This document shows, in pieces, positions 47,963 to 58,602 of a stretch of 64,000 nt of DNA (positions are counted from its first letter, which is position 1; each line of letters starts with the position of its first letter). The translations under genes were made by a program, and so were the position numbers. Origin of the DNA: Minisyncoccota bacterium. Its GTDB lineage: Bacteria; Patescibacteriota; Microgenomatia; UBA1400; UBA12028. The notes beneath the pieces were generated by a model, which was not told the DNA's origin, did no database searches, and saw only the letters and a list, made by a program, of their open reading frames with translations. The stretch lies in assembly GCA_016211945.1 (NCBI GenBank), contig JACRHV010000004.1, forward strand, positions 66,649-130,648. Reading direction: 5' to 3'.

Positions 47963-49563
47963 TTTCTTGTATCGGTATATCCTAGTGATTCATTTCCTTC
48001 AGAAGAAATGAGTGTTGGTTTACTAAATTCGTTCAAGTCGGCCATCTGCCCAATAATGAGGGTGTTCGGAACTGTGAATTCATTTTGTATTGGAAATCCA
48101 AATCCAACTTTTTCAAACGCAACTTTAGCATATCCTTTTTCCTCTGCGCGTTGAATTATGCGCATGTCGTAATTTCCGTAGAATACAATCCACAAAAACA
48201 GTCGTTCATCTGCTAAAACTCGTATATTTTTGTATTCTTTCTCGTGATCTCGTACATATATTGCCATCGCTTTTCTACTCGCAGACCATGCTTCTGCTGA
48301 TCGTTGTGGATAGTGCGAAAAATAATCATGGATAAAGAAGATAGCGTTTAATGACAGTCCACCGCTTATCACTGCTATAAAAACAAATAAATGTTTTTGG
48401 TATAACCAAAAGAAAAGTTCGTACGCTCCAAAACCAACAAGTGAAATGAGCGGGATTAATCCATTCAATGATCGGAGAGCGTGTGGCGTATCGTACGGAA
48501 CTGATGCCGGAAGCAGCGCCACAATAAACCAACAAAGCAGAAAAATTCCGACTTTCCTATATCTCTTTGCACACACATAGATACCCACAACAAGAAATGG
48601 AATGTATGAAAAATACAGAATGCCAACAACTCCCGTGCCATGCCGTAAATTCTTATCACCGGTAACAAAAAGATAGGCTGGGTTAAGGTGATCTCCAACA
48701 TGACCCATCAATGTTTTTCCCGCGTAATAGTATCGATGATGGATAACTCGGGAAAACAATGTATTGTTATCTGCATCACGAAGTTCATTTGACCGTATCA
48801 CTGGATATGTATCTGAAACAATGTTTTTCGTCGAGTATCGGAGTATTTCCATTGGTCGATAATGGGGTGAGCGGATCATAGGGATTAGTGTGAAGAAAAA
48901 TACGAACAATCCCAACATTAAAGTGAAGAGACTTTGTCTCCATGTTTTTTTTCTGAATGTGAGTACAAAAACCGCGATAAATAGTACAGGAAAAACGAAG
49001 CGAACGCTGAAGTATGAGTACGTCGCTACTCCACCCATCAAACCAGCAACAACACTCATCCAAGCCCTTTTTTGTATCGTGAAGGCACAAAGCACTGAAA
49101 CAAGTAACATCATTTGTCCTACATGCCCTTCAAAACCTGTTCTTGAAAAGAGAAGGCTCCATGGCGTGATTGCCAAAAGAAACGCCGTTGAGAGCGCAAT
49201 CACTTCCTTTCTCTTGTGTGACGAAAAGAGAAGGCATATGAGGTGATATACACAATACACAGAAATTACACCCGCAATTGCTGATGGAAGTCGAACGGCA
49301 AATTCTGTCGCACCAAAAAACTTTACTGTGAGACTGGCTAACCAAATGTAGACGGGAAGCTTAAAATCTCCATAGGAAGGAAAAATTGGCTGGTACCACG
49401 CATTTCCGTGAATATCGCGGCCCGTTTGCGCGATCGACTTTGCATCAACACCGATCGCAACCTCATCAATATACATGCTTGCGGGAACAGTCCCAAGTTT
49501 ATAGAGACGCAGTGCTGCAGCAACGACAAGAATGATGAGAAGAAGTATTGTGTTATTCTTCAT
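47959..49563 (-). CDS. ArnT/PMT-like GT-C glycosyltransferase (tandem paralog 3)
   Basis: IDEVAIGVDA..TGRD..G..FPSYGDFK, AVRLPS, FSRTGFE, GDKNLRHG, PHALRS. Start MKNN at 49563 (ATGA overlap). Confidence 0.87.
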   Translation of the reverse strand: MKNNTILLLIILVVAAALRLYKLGTVPASMYIDEVAIGVDAKSIAQTGRDIHGNAWYQPIFPSYGDFKLPVYIWLASLTVKFFGATEFAVRLPSAIAGVISVYCVYHLICLLFSSHKRKEVIALSTAFLLAITPWSLLFSRTGFEGHVGQMMLLVSVLCAFTIQKRAWMSVVAGLMGGVATYSYFSVRFVFPVLFIAVFVLTFRKKTWRQSLFTLMLGLFVFFFTLIPMIRSPHYRPMEILRYSTKNIVSDTYPVIRSNELRDADNNTLFSRVIHHRYYYAGKTLMGHVGDHLNPAYLFVTGDKNLRHGTGVVGILYFSYIPFLVVGIYVCAKRYRKVGIFLLCWFIVALLPASVPYDTPHALRSLNGLIPLISLVGFGAYELFFWLYQKHLFVFIAVISGGLSLNAIFFIHDYFSHYPQRSAEAWSASRKAMAIYVRDHEKEYKNIRVLADERLFLWIVFYGNYDMRIIQRAEEKGYAKVAFEKVGFGFPIQNEFTVPNTLIIGQMADLNEFSKPTLISSEGNESLGYTDTRK

Positions 49564-51194
49564 TTCTGCTCCCAAATATCCCAAACTACAGAACCGTTAG
49601 GTAAGTAAATGGACGTTTTCAATATGCTCGTGGACGGTCGTTTTCCCGGACTTGAAGCGACAAGCATTCCTTTGTCCAAAGGAATGGCAACACCAAATCG
49701 GTACGAACCGACCTCGAGTAATTCCTGTTGATCCTTAACCGCAACACGATCGTGTTCCTGCACTTTTTTTGGATCATACGCAGTAAAAAAGAGGTAATAT
49801 ATTGATGGCCTTCCCTGTTCACGCGTGATAAAAACTTTTTGGTCGGGTTTTTTGTTTCTCTCCAATGCAGATATGAGCTCACGATACCCGAACTGCCAGT
49901 CGCGAGCCGATGCAGATGCGTAATGAGTGAAATAATAGTGAAGGTACATCGTGAGATCGAAAAGAATCCAAGTTGTTAAAACAAAAAAAAGAACACCTTT
50001 TAACATGACGTGCTTTATGTGTAAAACTCCTTCAAAGATTCTTATTCCTCCAATCGCTGACAGAAAGGCAAATGCCGGTGAGGAGATAAGAAAACGTAGC
50101 GTATGGGGCGAAACCGTTGTCAATGCAGCCGGAATACCTGCGAGGCCAATCCACATTAGGATGAGCCAATACTCCTTTTTCTTTTTTTCCATCATGACGT
50201 ACAATCCAACAAGTAATGTAAAAAACTCCCAATGATGAAGTACTCCAAATTCTTGTGTCCCGTGCCGCATATTGTCATCACCGTATAGAAAAAGAAAATC
50301 CGGTGAAAATTGCGCGAAATATTTTGAGGCAAAAAGGTGACCAAACACAATGACTCGATGATGCATAAGTTTTGATATAACTCCACCACCATCTTGATCC
50401 CGTAGTGTATTACTCTCAACGATCGGTTGGAGGAGGGAAAATATGCTCGTTTCAGTTGCACGTTGTGCAATGATAGGAGACCTCGCATTCCACAAGATGG
50501 GGACAAACATAACACACACGGTGCAGAACGCAACCACGCACGCCTTTCGATCTTTCCAGTACTCTTTGAACCATAAAAAACCGATTCCCATACCTAAAAG
50601 CGGCGCAACAATACGTGCAGAATGATATGTATATAAAGATAATCCCATGCTCACTGCAGCAAAAAGCAAAAACCACGGATGTTTTCTTGCCCTGACCATC
50701 GCCCATATACCAAGCACAATAAAAAAAGTTGCGAGATTTGTTTCAAACCCAACCCTTGATATCTGTATGCTCCAGGGTTGTACGGCATAGAACATTACCG
50801 CAAGTAGTCCAATGCGCTCATCCCATAATTCTTTTGCGAGAAAATACAAGACAATGACAATCCCTACTCCAGCAAGTATCGACGGCATGCGAACCGCGAG
50901 AACATCAAGGCCAAATACCTGAATAAAAGGAACTATCGTGTAAAAATAGAGAGAAGGTTTATAGTCGCCAAATGAGGGAAATGCGAGCAACGGAAATGCA
51001 TTCCCGTGGTAATCTTTCCCTGTTTTTAGAATTGAGTACGCATCGTAACCCAATGCAGCTTCTTCCCAGTATGGAGAAGGCGGAATCGTTGTCACTCGAT
51101 ACAGTCGCAAAAACAGCGCAAGTACAACAATACCAACAACAGCCCATCGATATATCCAAGCTCTTTTCTCTGTTTTCTTTTCCATTGTACTCAT
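49560..51194 (-). CDS. ArnT/PMT-like GT-C glycosyltransferase (tandem paralog 2)
   Basis: WEEAALGYDAYSILKTGKD..FPSFGDYK, AVRMPS, SRVGFE, GDDNMRHG, PHTLR, WQFG. Confidence 0.87.
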   Translation of the reverse strand: MSTMEKKTEKRAWIYRWAVVGIVVLALFLRLYRVTTIPPSPYWEEAALGYDAYSILKTGKDYHGNAFPLLAFPSFGDYKPSLYFYTIVPFIQVFGLDVLAVRMPSILAGVGIVIVLYFLAKELWDERIGLLAVMFYAVQPWSIQISRVGFETNLATFFIVLGIWAMVRARKHPWFLLFAAVSMGLSLYTYHSARIVAPLLGMGIGFLWFKEYWKDRKACVVAFCTVCVMFVPILWNARSPIIAQRATETSIFSLLQPIVESNTLRDQDGGGVISKLMHHRVIVFGHLFASKYFAQFSPDFLFLYGDDNMRHGTQEFGVLHHWEFFTLLVGLYVMMEKKKKEYWLILMWIGLAGIPAALTTVSPHTLRFLISSPAFAFLSAIGGIRIFEGVLHIKHVMLKGVLFFVLTTWILFDLTMYLHYYFTHYASASARDWQFGYRELISALERNKKPDQKVFITREQGRPSIYYLFFTAYDPKKVQEHDRVAVKDQQELLEVGSYRFGVAIPLDKGMLVASSPGKRPSTSILKTSIYLPNGSVVWDIWEQK

Positions 51195-51204
51195 CTCTTT
51201 TTTC

Positions 51205-52725
51205 CTAGAGTTGCACGATGCGGAACACCACCGACCCATCTGGGTAGTAGATTTCCTTCACGATGTGTTCTGCATTGGCCGGAATTTCCTGTGGTGTTCC
51301 GATAAGCAGCAGACTTTTTCTGTTCCTATCTTCATCCCATTTTATATCTCGAATTTCGTAGTTTGCCAACGCACCCTGATTGTATTGTATCGGGGTGAGT
51401 CGCTTGAAAAACACCATGTAGATGTATGGTTGACCGTATGCGCTTGTGAGAAGTACCTTCTCCACATCCTTCTCTTTTGACCGAGCGTACCGAATTGCCT
51501 GTTCGTATCCGTACTGAAAATCTTTTGCTGCCACGATAGTGTAGATGTGTACATACCAATATCCATATATCACTGTCTGCAACACGACGAGTATTATCGA
51601 AATATATACAAATATCTTTTTCTTTTTTTCCGTAAAATACTCATACCAAAACATCCAACCAAATGCCGCAATAATCTGAACCCACGGTACAATGCCGTGT
51701 ATTCTGTTGCTGTTTGGTACCTCATTGCTCAGTGTTGCAGGCAAAATGCCGATAAGTACGCACAGGAACAACCAAGAATATTTCCTGTATACCTTCTTTT
51801 TCCAAAAGGAGAATATTCCACTGATCACAAAAAGGAATTCGAGATATGAGAGGATGCCGAAAGTACCATTTCCGTGACGCAAAGAATCCGTCTTCCCAAA
51901 GAGGAGAAACACTGGGTCAAGGTGAGTGAGTACGTTCTTTGTAATAACACGTCCTATTTCCCCCGGAGACTTGAGATTGTTCTTCGTCGAGATTGCTGAT
52001 GTCATAGAAAATCGCTCCACCGCCTTCCCGTATATCATTTCCTTTGCAAGTGGAAAGAGGAGTAATGCGCTCACTATACAGGCGAGGAATACCCAAACTT
52101 TCTGCTTTTTGATTGATGAAAAACACCAAACTCCTAGGACTAAAAGCAATAAGGGAACAGCAATTTTTGTGCTGTGATACGCGTACAACGACATGACAAA
52201 GCTCACTCCTGACAAAAGATATAACCATGGAACGTCTGCTGCATACAACAATAGTGCAGTTCCAACTGATACAAGACTTACCGCGATTCCAGACTCAAAT
52301 CCGATACGAGCAAAGTGAATATTGAGTGGTGAGAGCGCGACAGTTATCATGGCAACCAAGGCGAACACCTCCTGTTTCATCATTTTTCGTGCGATACCAT
52401 AAGTAGCAACAACCGTAATCAAACTTGCTACTGCCATGGGGAATCGAACTGCAAATCCATTGAGACCGAGAAGCGATGTCGATACTGCATCCGCATAGAT
52501 AGCAACTGCTGCCTTGTAGTCTCCAAAAGACTTGAAGGTAATTGGCATTCTGTTTAACCATTCGTCACGGTGCACTGTTGCAATGCCGAACCCGTTATAT
52601 CCAATTGCAGCCTCGTCCCAACTGAGTCCGACCGGAATTGAACCCAACCATGAAAAGCGGAGTATGAAAGCTATGAAAAGAACCGTGAAAAAGACGCGAT
52701 ACTTTACCAAAGTCTTATATATCAT
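51205..52725 (-). CDS. ArnT/PMT-like GT-C glycosyltransferase (tandem paralog 1)
   Basis: WDEAAIGYNG..RDEW..FKSFGDYK, AVRFP, FARIGFE, LRHG, PNSNR, FQYG. Start MIYK at 52725. Confidence 0.87.
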   Translation of the reverse strand: MIYKTLVKYRVFFTVLFIAFILRFSWLGSIPVGLSWDEAAIGYNGFGIATVHRDEWLNRMPITFKSFGDYKAAVAIYADAVSTSLLGLNGFAVRFPMAVASLITVVATYGIARKMMKQEVFALVAMITVALSPLNIHFARIGFESGIAVSLVSVGTALLLYAADVPWLYLLSGVSFVMSLYAYHSTKIAVPLLLLVLGVWCFSSIKKQKVWVFLACIVSALLLFPLAKEMIYGKAVERFSMTSAISTKNNLKSPGEIGRVITKNVLTHLDPVFLLFGKTDSLRHGNGTFGILSYLEFLFVISGIFSFWKKKVYRKYSWLFLCVLIGILPATLSNEVPNSNRIHGIVPWVQIIAAFGWMFWYEYFTEKKKKIFVYISIILVVLQTVIYGYWYVHIYTIVAAKDFQYGYEQAIRYARSKEKDVEKVLLTSAYGQPYIYMVFFKRLTPIQYNQGALANYEIRDIKWDEDRNRKSLLLIGTPQEIPANAEHIVKEIYYPDGSVVFRIVQL

Positions 52726-53630
52726 GTGCGTACCTTTTTTATCACAGCACCATCGGAAAGAGACCACAGTGGTGACACTTTCTTTCGTTTTTCAACCACT
52801 TCATGCATTTGAAGTAATGCCTGGCAGAATCCTAAAATAATGCGTCCTCGCGATCGCCATCCTCCAACGATCAAATGATAGGGAAGCCAAAGAAGATGTG
52901 AAAGAAAGATTTGCGGATCAGTGACATTCTTCCACAAAAAAAGGAAGCTATTTTTGTATGACATCACGTCCATAACCTCTTTTCCAAAAACCGTGGAGTT
53001 TGTTGATTCGTGTCCATGTACGACGAAAGCTTTAGGCTCAAAGAGTACGAACCATCCATGCTTCCACGCGCGATAACTGATATCAATATCTTCGTAATAT
53101 GCAGGTCTGTAGAGATTATCCATACCACCGATCAGCTGCCAATACGATTTTCTCACCATCATGCTACCGCCAGTAGCCCACATGGTCCTACCGGGTTGAA
53201 AATTTTGTGCTCGATTATGCATAAACATACCTCGAGAAAAACGACCAGTGCTCTTCCCGCTTATTTGACCGGAAGGTGCGTGTTCTAAACATCCGACAGC
53301 AAATATGTCAATATCTTTAAAATGCGGAAGAAGGTATGCTTTTACGTTTGCATTGGGTGATACATCATTATTTAGGAGCAATATAAATTCGTTTTTTGCT
53401 TGTTCTATCCCATTATTGCATGTATCAGCGTACCTTTTGTTCTCGTTATTTTTCACTATTTTCACTCGAGGGTAATTCTTGCTCAAGTAACTCATTGAGT
53501 CATCGGTAGAGGCGTCGTCAACCACGATAATCTCATCATTTTTCTCGAGTGCTAAAATTACACTTGGCAAATGCTTCTCAAGTAAGTCTCGACCATTGAA
53601 GTTTGGTATCACGACACTGATGTTCATCAA
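52722..53630 (-). CDS. GT2 glycosyltransferase (rhamnosyltransferase-like)
   Basis: SVVIPNFNG, DDASTD, LLNNDV, GG.D.LY.PAYYEDIDI.YRAW. Confidence 0.9.
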   Translation of the reverse strand: MMNISVVIPNFNGRDLLEKHLPSVILALEKNDEIIVVDDASTDDSMSYLSKNYPRVKIVKNNENKRYADTCNNGIEQAKNEFILLLNNDVSPNANVKAYLLPHFKDIDIFAVGCLEHAPSGQISGKSTGRFSRGMFMHNRAQNFQPGRTMWATGGSMMVRKSYWQLIGGMDNLYRPAYYEDIDISYRAWKHGWFVLFEPKAFVVHGHESTNSTVFGKEVMDVMSYKNSFLFLWKNVTDPQIFLSHLLWLPYHLIVGGWRSRGRIILGFCQALLQMHEVVEKRKKVSPLWSLSDGAVIKKVRT

Positions 53631-54757
53631 ATCATCTCCTCAAGTGTCTTATGAAAAGTATCCTTATTAAACTGCATGGCCTTTTCCCGCGCCTCCTGGC
53701 GCATTTTGTTCGTCAAAACATGATTATTCATACATGTCAGACTGTACTTCACGATATCATCCTCTGTGTCGCAAAGAAATCCTTGGATCCCGTGATCAAT
53801 AATCTCCGGTGTACCCCCCTTGCCTATAACAATAGGTATTGCACCGGAAGACATAGCCTCAACAATAGAGATCCCAAAGTGCTCAACCTTCTTTGGCTCT
53901 TTTCCCGAGTCGATACCGAAACCAGCGGCATGCCAGTACAATGATGCGTGCGAATAATATTGACGTAAAACGTCGAATGATGCGTCATGGAGTATCTTGA
54001 TGGGATACCCCTTCGCCGCCGCTGCCACTTGCTGCGCATATTTTTGATTATCCTCTCCTGGATCTACCGTACCAATAAGCACGAGTCTCCATCCCTGTGC
54101 GACCTTCATATCGATGAGTGTTTTAAAGGTCTCAACTAAGATATCTTGTCTTTTACAGTGTAATCCTGATTTTTCTCCCGTAAAAAAACGGCCAACGGAA
54201 AGAATGATGTGTTCTTTTTTTGCTGGAACAAAAATCTCGTGATCAATAAAGGGGTAATGCACATATTGAATTGGAACCTTCCATGCATGCTCAACAACTT
54301 TTTTTGTAAAAATAGAGTTTGCGTTTCTAGTGCTCCATTGATGCAACTTTAATCTTTCTACCACTCCGCAAATGGGTGTGGTAAACGGGAATTGAATGTG
54401 AACAATATTTTTTCTCGCCCCAGAGAAAAAAAAGCTCCCGTCGGTGAGATAATACATGACGTCATAGGGAAGTGTTTCTCGAAAGATTTGCAGTGGATGA
54501 GATCGCACTCCCAGAGAGGTAAACTTAAAATGAACACGTGAAAGGTTCAAATGAAAAGCTTGTTCATATCTTTTTCGGAGAACATCTTGGTCGGGAATGG
54601 CAGAAAAAATTCTTTCCACTATATCACTGCGAACGAGAATAACAACGTCGTGGTGAATACTCGCACACTCAGCGACAGAAAAAATGTACCGCTCACCGCC
54701 TCCAAAATGCTCGGGAATATATGGGGAATAGATCCCTATACGTTTTCTTTTTGCCAT
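53627..54757 (-). CDS. GT4 glycosyltransferase
   Basis: GGGERY, SVGRFF..HCKRQ, YWHAAG, EHFGISIVEAM; paralog of 11564..13132. Confidence 0.9.
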   Translation of the reverse strand: MAKRKRIGIYSPYIPEHFGGGERYIFSVAECASIHHDVVILVRSDIVERIFSAIPDQDVLRKRYEQAFHLNLSRVHFKFTSLGVRSHPLQIFRETLPYDVMYYLTDGSFFFSGARKNIVHIQFPFTTPICGVVERLKLHQWSTRNANSIFTKKVVEHAWKVPIQYVHYPFIDHEIFVPAKKEHIILSVGRFFTGEKSGLHCKRQDILVETFKTLIDMKVAQGWRLVLIGTVDPGEDNQKYAQQVAAAAKGYPIKILHDASFDVLRQYYSHASLYWHAAGFGIDSGKEPKKVEHFGISIVEAMSSGAIPIVIGKGGTPEIIDHGIQGFLCDTEDDIVKYSLTCMNNHVLTNKMRQEAREKAMQFNKDTFHKTLEEMI

Positions 54758-55560
54758 ACGCGGACAATATCCTTTTCAAGCTTTTCATACGTTTCACGCA
54801 GCGATGGGTTCTGTTGGAGTTCCCAAAGACGTTCATAGACCATAAATCTATTCATCGACTGCACCATCGCCTCGATAACTCCTTGCGTTCCGTCCCTGTA
54901 TGCTTTCAATGCAATCATGCGATAGAGAAAGTCCCAAATCACAACCTTCAGCAGGCGTAGAGCACTCATTTGAGGATGATGCGCATTGAAAAGCAGACGA
55001 GCCTCTATTTCCGTCCATTCGTACGATTTCTTTAGTCCATCGACCATGTTTCGATGTGTGAGATGTACGAGTGGTTCATGAAGGTCAGCAGTTGATCCCG
55101 TAATTTCTGCGTGCTCATGGACATCTCCCTCCCATTGTTTTATTGCTTGTGTCTGAAACAACCGCACAAGTTTGTCATACTGCCAGCCACCGTGCTGCAT
55201 CCACTTTCCATAATGGATATTATTTCTTGGTATTCTATACGCGGAGTGCGCTCCAACGCTGGATATGACCTGCTGAATTTCTTTCTTTAATGTGGGGGTT
55301 ACACGTTCATCGGCATCAATGTACAGCACCCACGAGGTCTTAACCTGTTTTAATCCAAGATTCCGCAACTCGGCAAGACCAAGACCTTGTGCGGAAACAA
55401 CGTTGGCACCTTGTCTTTCTGCAAGCTGCGATGTTCTGTCTTCGGACCCATTGTCAATCACAACAACAGCATGACACCATCGAACTGTGTCTATGCAGTT
55501 TGCAATCATGGATTCTTCATTTTTTGCGATGATAACAGCGGTAATCTTTTGTTCTGACAT
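54736..55560 (-). CDS. GT2 beta-glycosyltransferase (WaaE/KdtX-like)
   Basis: IIAKNEE, WVLYIDADE, VRLF, VHE. Start MSEQ at 55560, with AAGGAG SD and an upstream TACAAT. Confidence 0.9.
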   Translation of the reverse strand: MSEQKITAVIIAKNEESMIANCIDTVRWCHAVVVIDNGSEDRTSQLAERQGANVVSAQGLGLAELRNLGLKQVKTSWVLYIDADERVTPTLKKEIQQVISSVGAHSAYRIPRNNIHYGKWMQHGGWQYDKLVRLFQTQAIKQWEGDVHEHAEITGSTADLHEPLVHLTHRNMVDGLKKSYEWTEIEARLLFNAHHPQMSALRLLKVVIWDFLYRMIALKAYRDGTQGVIEAMVQSMNRFMVYERLWELQQNPSLRETYEKLEKDIVRVWQKENV

Positions 55561-55591
55561 AGACTCCTTCCCGTTTTCTCCATTGTACAGG

Positions 55592-57649
55592 TTATTTTCT
55601 CCCATGCAGACGGTCTTGTACAACAAGATAGAGATTCCACCATAATTCCCGCGGGTCTCGCAGACATGAAAGCGGAGATTTTTTGCAGTTTGTGACAAAT
55701 CGAATAGAAGGAAAATGCGTGGTTTCGTTGTCTATGATGAGATCTACCGCTGTACTTCCCGCCTGCTTCCCATCAATATCAATAAAATACTCTCCCTTCG
55801 ATGTTTCGGGTTGCTGAATCGTTATCTGTCCACAAATCTCTTTTTTGCATCTGATCATTGGATTCTGTTGCGCCATTGTGGATCGTCTTTGATCGTCTCT
55901 AAGATGTATTACGATACGAATAGGGTTTCTCCCCATCATTGCATAGGCCGTATCAAGTCTTATCGTGGACTGTTGCATGCTGATCGGATTTCTTTGTTCT
56001 TCTGGAGCATATGCCTGACGGTAGGTAACATCTTGTCCTCCATGGATGTTCTTTATCTCAGGAAAATACGTGACTCCCCGTTGTGTTTTTCGCTCACGCA
56101 GTATCTTTGAACCATCCTTCATCATCTCGAGAAGATCTCCATTAAGCACAGACAGTTTGGGTAGTTCGGGACCTTCAAACTCAAAATAGTCATTCGTAAA
56201 AAATATGTTCACTTCATTATTGTTCTCTGTTTCGTACGACAACGCGATCGAGTTCGAATCTCGCACACTTTTGATCTTGCCATTTTTCTGCGCCATGGGA
56301 AACACCAAAGCCGCGGTGTCTTGATAAAGATCATTCAATATCGCGTTTTTTTCTGTTCGTACCGGCGTTTTCTTCGTCATTTTCCACCATATCTTATCCC
56401 ACAGTTTTGTTGGGAGATATGCGGGTTGTTCAGTATTTCTAAATCGAGACCCATCCAAGACAAACGGCGTGATCCAGTACGCATTTGGGGTACTCACCGG
56501 CATCGTGGCGTAGGGATCTTCCAGTGCTGAACTATAGATACGAAGATCGGTGAGTTTTACCTGATGTCCTGTTCGAATCAGTCGCGCTCGATATGATGGT
56601 GTCGATATCCAAAATGCCTGATGTGTTACTCCATTACTTTCTGTCTCTCCTTCAGAAAATTGTATAAAGGGTTGTGCTAGTAATCGATGTTTTACTTCCT
56701 TTGCGTATGTTGTGATCGTGGGCTGCCAAACATCCGAATGCTCTTTCAGAATTTTTTCGATATATGCTAATTGACGTATGTACTCTCGCTGGACATCCGA
56801 TGGCATTGTGTTTTCCAAACCAATGACCGTGGCACCGTTCCCCTTCACTAGTGATTGGTCGACTAGATGGACAAAGTATTCAAAACCACGAGAAGCAAGT
56901 GTGTAGTCATTCGGTTGGGAGGTGGTACTGCTCGTTGTATCTCCATAGTTCAGTACTGGATCAGGAATGGTTTGTCGAATCATCACGAGTGGAAGTGTGT
57001 CTTTCCCCTGTGATGGAACAAGCGGCCATCGGGTACTTGGAAGGTATGGACCCTGGAAAGGTCCACCATACAAGGTATAACTATCGGTGCCCCATTGCTC
57101 GCGCGTCAGTTCGTGCACCTCTACTCCATACTGACTGGAAAGGTAGTTGAGCGACCACGCGTCGATCATCCATGCAACCGTTATCTTTGGAAAAACGGCA
57201 AACGTCTTCTTGTATTGAGTCATGTATGTATCAATAAGAGCTTTTCGATCCTTCACGGAATATCCCAATAAATACGCATTTTTTGCTTTATACCATCGAT
57301 CTTCTGGGCCTTCATAACGAACGTGTGCATCGACCGCTAAACTCGGAATAATCTCTAAAAATGCCGCTGCTTCTATTTCCTGAGATGGCAACTGCTGGTG
57401 TATCAGTGAAACCATTGCCTCGTTTTGCAACGCATCGTATCGAAACGCAAATGCGGCTTTCAAATGATGCTGGGTTATCGAGTCCACCTGCAATCGTAGA
57501 GCGTCAACAGATCCGGGATCACAGCACGATGCACCTCGAACCTGATTGATGATGAGAAGTGCGGATGAGATTTCTTGTGATTGTGCGCGCACATATTGCG
57601 GAAAAAATGAAAAGAAAAAGAGTATGAAAAAAAGAAAAAACCGAGTCAT
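55592..57649 (-). CDS. Secreted protein: glycoside-hydrolase/deacetylase-like barrel plus C-terminal Ig-like domain
   Basis: Signal peptide (..VRA/QS); FLEI, GYS..DRK.LID..F..FPK...W.ID..SL.YL, EQWGTD.YTL.GG..PY.PS; C-terminal IRIVIHLRD..GEY..AG Ig/invasin-like pattern. Confidence 0.6.
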   Translation of the reverse strand: MTRFFLFFILFFFSFFPQYVRAQSQEISSALLIINQVRGASCCDPGSVDALRLQVDSITQHHLKAAFAFRYDALQNEAMVSLIHQQLPSQEIEAAAFLEIIPSLAVDAHVRYEGPEDRWYKAKNAYLLGYSVKDRKALIDTYMTQYKKTFAVFPKITVAWMIDAWSLNYLSSQYGVEVHELTREQWGTDSYTLYGGPFQGPYLPSTRWPLVPSQGKDTLPLVMIRQTIPDPVLNYGDTTSSTTSQPNDYTLASRGFEYFVHLVDQSLVKGNGATVIGLENTMPSDVQREYIRQLAYIEKILKEHSDVWQPTITTYAKEVKHRLLAQPFIQFSEGETESNGVTHQAFWISTPSYRARLIRTGHQVKLTDLRIYSSALEDPYATMPVSTPNAYWITPFVLDGSRFRNTEQPAYLPTKLWDKIWWKMTKKTPVRTEKNAILNDLYQDTAALVFPMAQKNGKIKSVRDSNSIALSYETENNNEVNIFFTNDYFEFEGPELPKLSVLNGDLLEMMKDGSKILRERKTQRGVTYFPEIKNIHGGQDVTYRQAYAPEEQRNPISMQQSTIRLDTAYAMMGRNPIRIVIHLRDDQRRSTMAQQNPMIRCKKEICGQITIQQPETSKGEYFIDIDGKQAGSTAVDLIIDNETTHFPSIRFVTNCKKSPLSCLRDPRELWWNLYLVVQDRLHGRK

Positions 57650-58602
57650 CGTCCTCTCTTTGCGTGAAACTCTTGACGCTTCCCATATCTATGGATGAGA
57701 ACATCAAAGGCGGAAGAGCGCAAAGTCACATCCCTCGATCCCAACAGTGAGAAAAGTTCACGAAGTAATGCGAGTTTTGTTCGAAAAGATGCGTAACGCA
57801 AACCATACATAAACCGATTTCTCGTCTGATAATACGCATGCATCCGTGATCCACTTCCTCCTGTTGATCCCGCATTTTTATGCCATATGACTGCTGACGG
57901 AACATACCATACCGATCCCTTTTTCCTTCTCACACGTTCACAATACTCCAAATCTTCAAGATACATAAAATAGGAGGTATTCCACGATCCCACGACCTCC
58001 CAGGTCTTCTTTGAGACAACCATACAACAACCTGTCGCAAAATCAGTTTCTTCTTCATCATCACATTGTCCTCGGTCTATCTCGTCAACATTACGATGCC
58101 AACCAAACACATTTTTCTTGTCGATATTTCCCCCCGCATACCAAATCACCCTACCTATTTCATCTTTCTTATAGGTTTCTTTATGAAATTCATATCCTTT
58201 CTCAAAATAGATTTTGGGAGAAGCCACACAGATCTCATTTTGGTGTTGAATACTCCACTTTCCAATATTTTGAATAGAGTTTTCCTCAACGCGCGTGTCA
58301 TTGTTCAAAAAAATAACTCCATCGGCGTGAAGCGACTCAAACGCATACTTGGCACCAAGATTATTCGCCCCAGAAAATCCAAGATTTTTTGACTCGATAC
58401 TATGGACATTAGGATATGCTTTTTTTATTTCATTGCTTTGATTTTCTTTGCGATCATCGTCTTCTTCATTTACGATAACAACATCGTATGTAAAGTTTGC
58501 TGTTTTTGACTGGAAAATCGAGTGTAAACACTCGAGTGTATCGTGAAGACCATAGTAATTGAGGATAATGACGGCGAGATGATATTTTATATTGGAATTC
58601 AT
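57646..58602 (-). CDS. GT2 glycosyltransferase
   Basis: IILNYYG, NLGFSGANN, FLNNDT, SPKIY, IWYAGG, ATGCCM, YFMYLEDLE. Confidence 0.9.
   Translation of the reverse strand: MNSNIKYHLAVIILNYYGLHDTLECLHSIFQSKTANFTYDVVIVNEEDDDRKENQSNEIKKAYPNVHSIESKNLGFSGANNLGAKYAFESLHADGVIFLNNDTRVEENSIQNIGKWSIQHQNEICVASPKIYFEKGYEFHKETYKKDEIGRVIWYAGGNIDKKNVFGWHRNVDEIDRGQCDDEEETDFATGCCMVVSKKTWEVVGSWNTSYFMYLEDLEYCERVRRKKGSVWYVPSAVIWHKNAGSTGGSGSRMHAYYQTRNRFMYGLRYASFRTKLALLRELFSLLGSRDVTLRSSAFDVLIHRYGKRQEFHAKRGR

Noticed and set aside
46463-52725. Possible DNA tandem repeat or diversity-generating cassette among the four paralogs
   Set aside because: Similarity is at the protein-motif level only; I saw no near-identical DNA repeats, reverse transcriptase or recombinase
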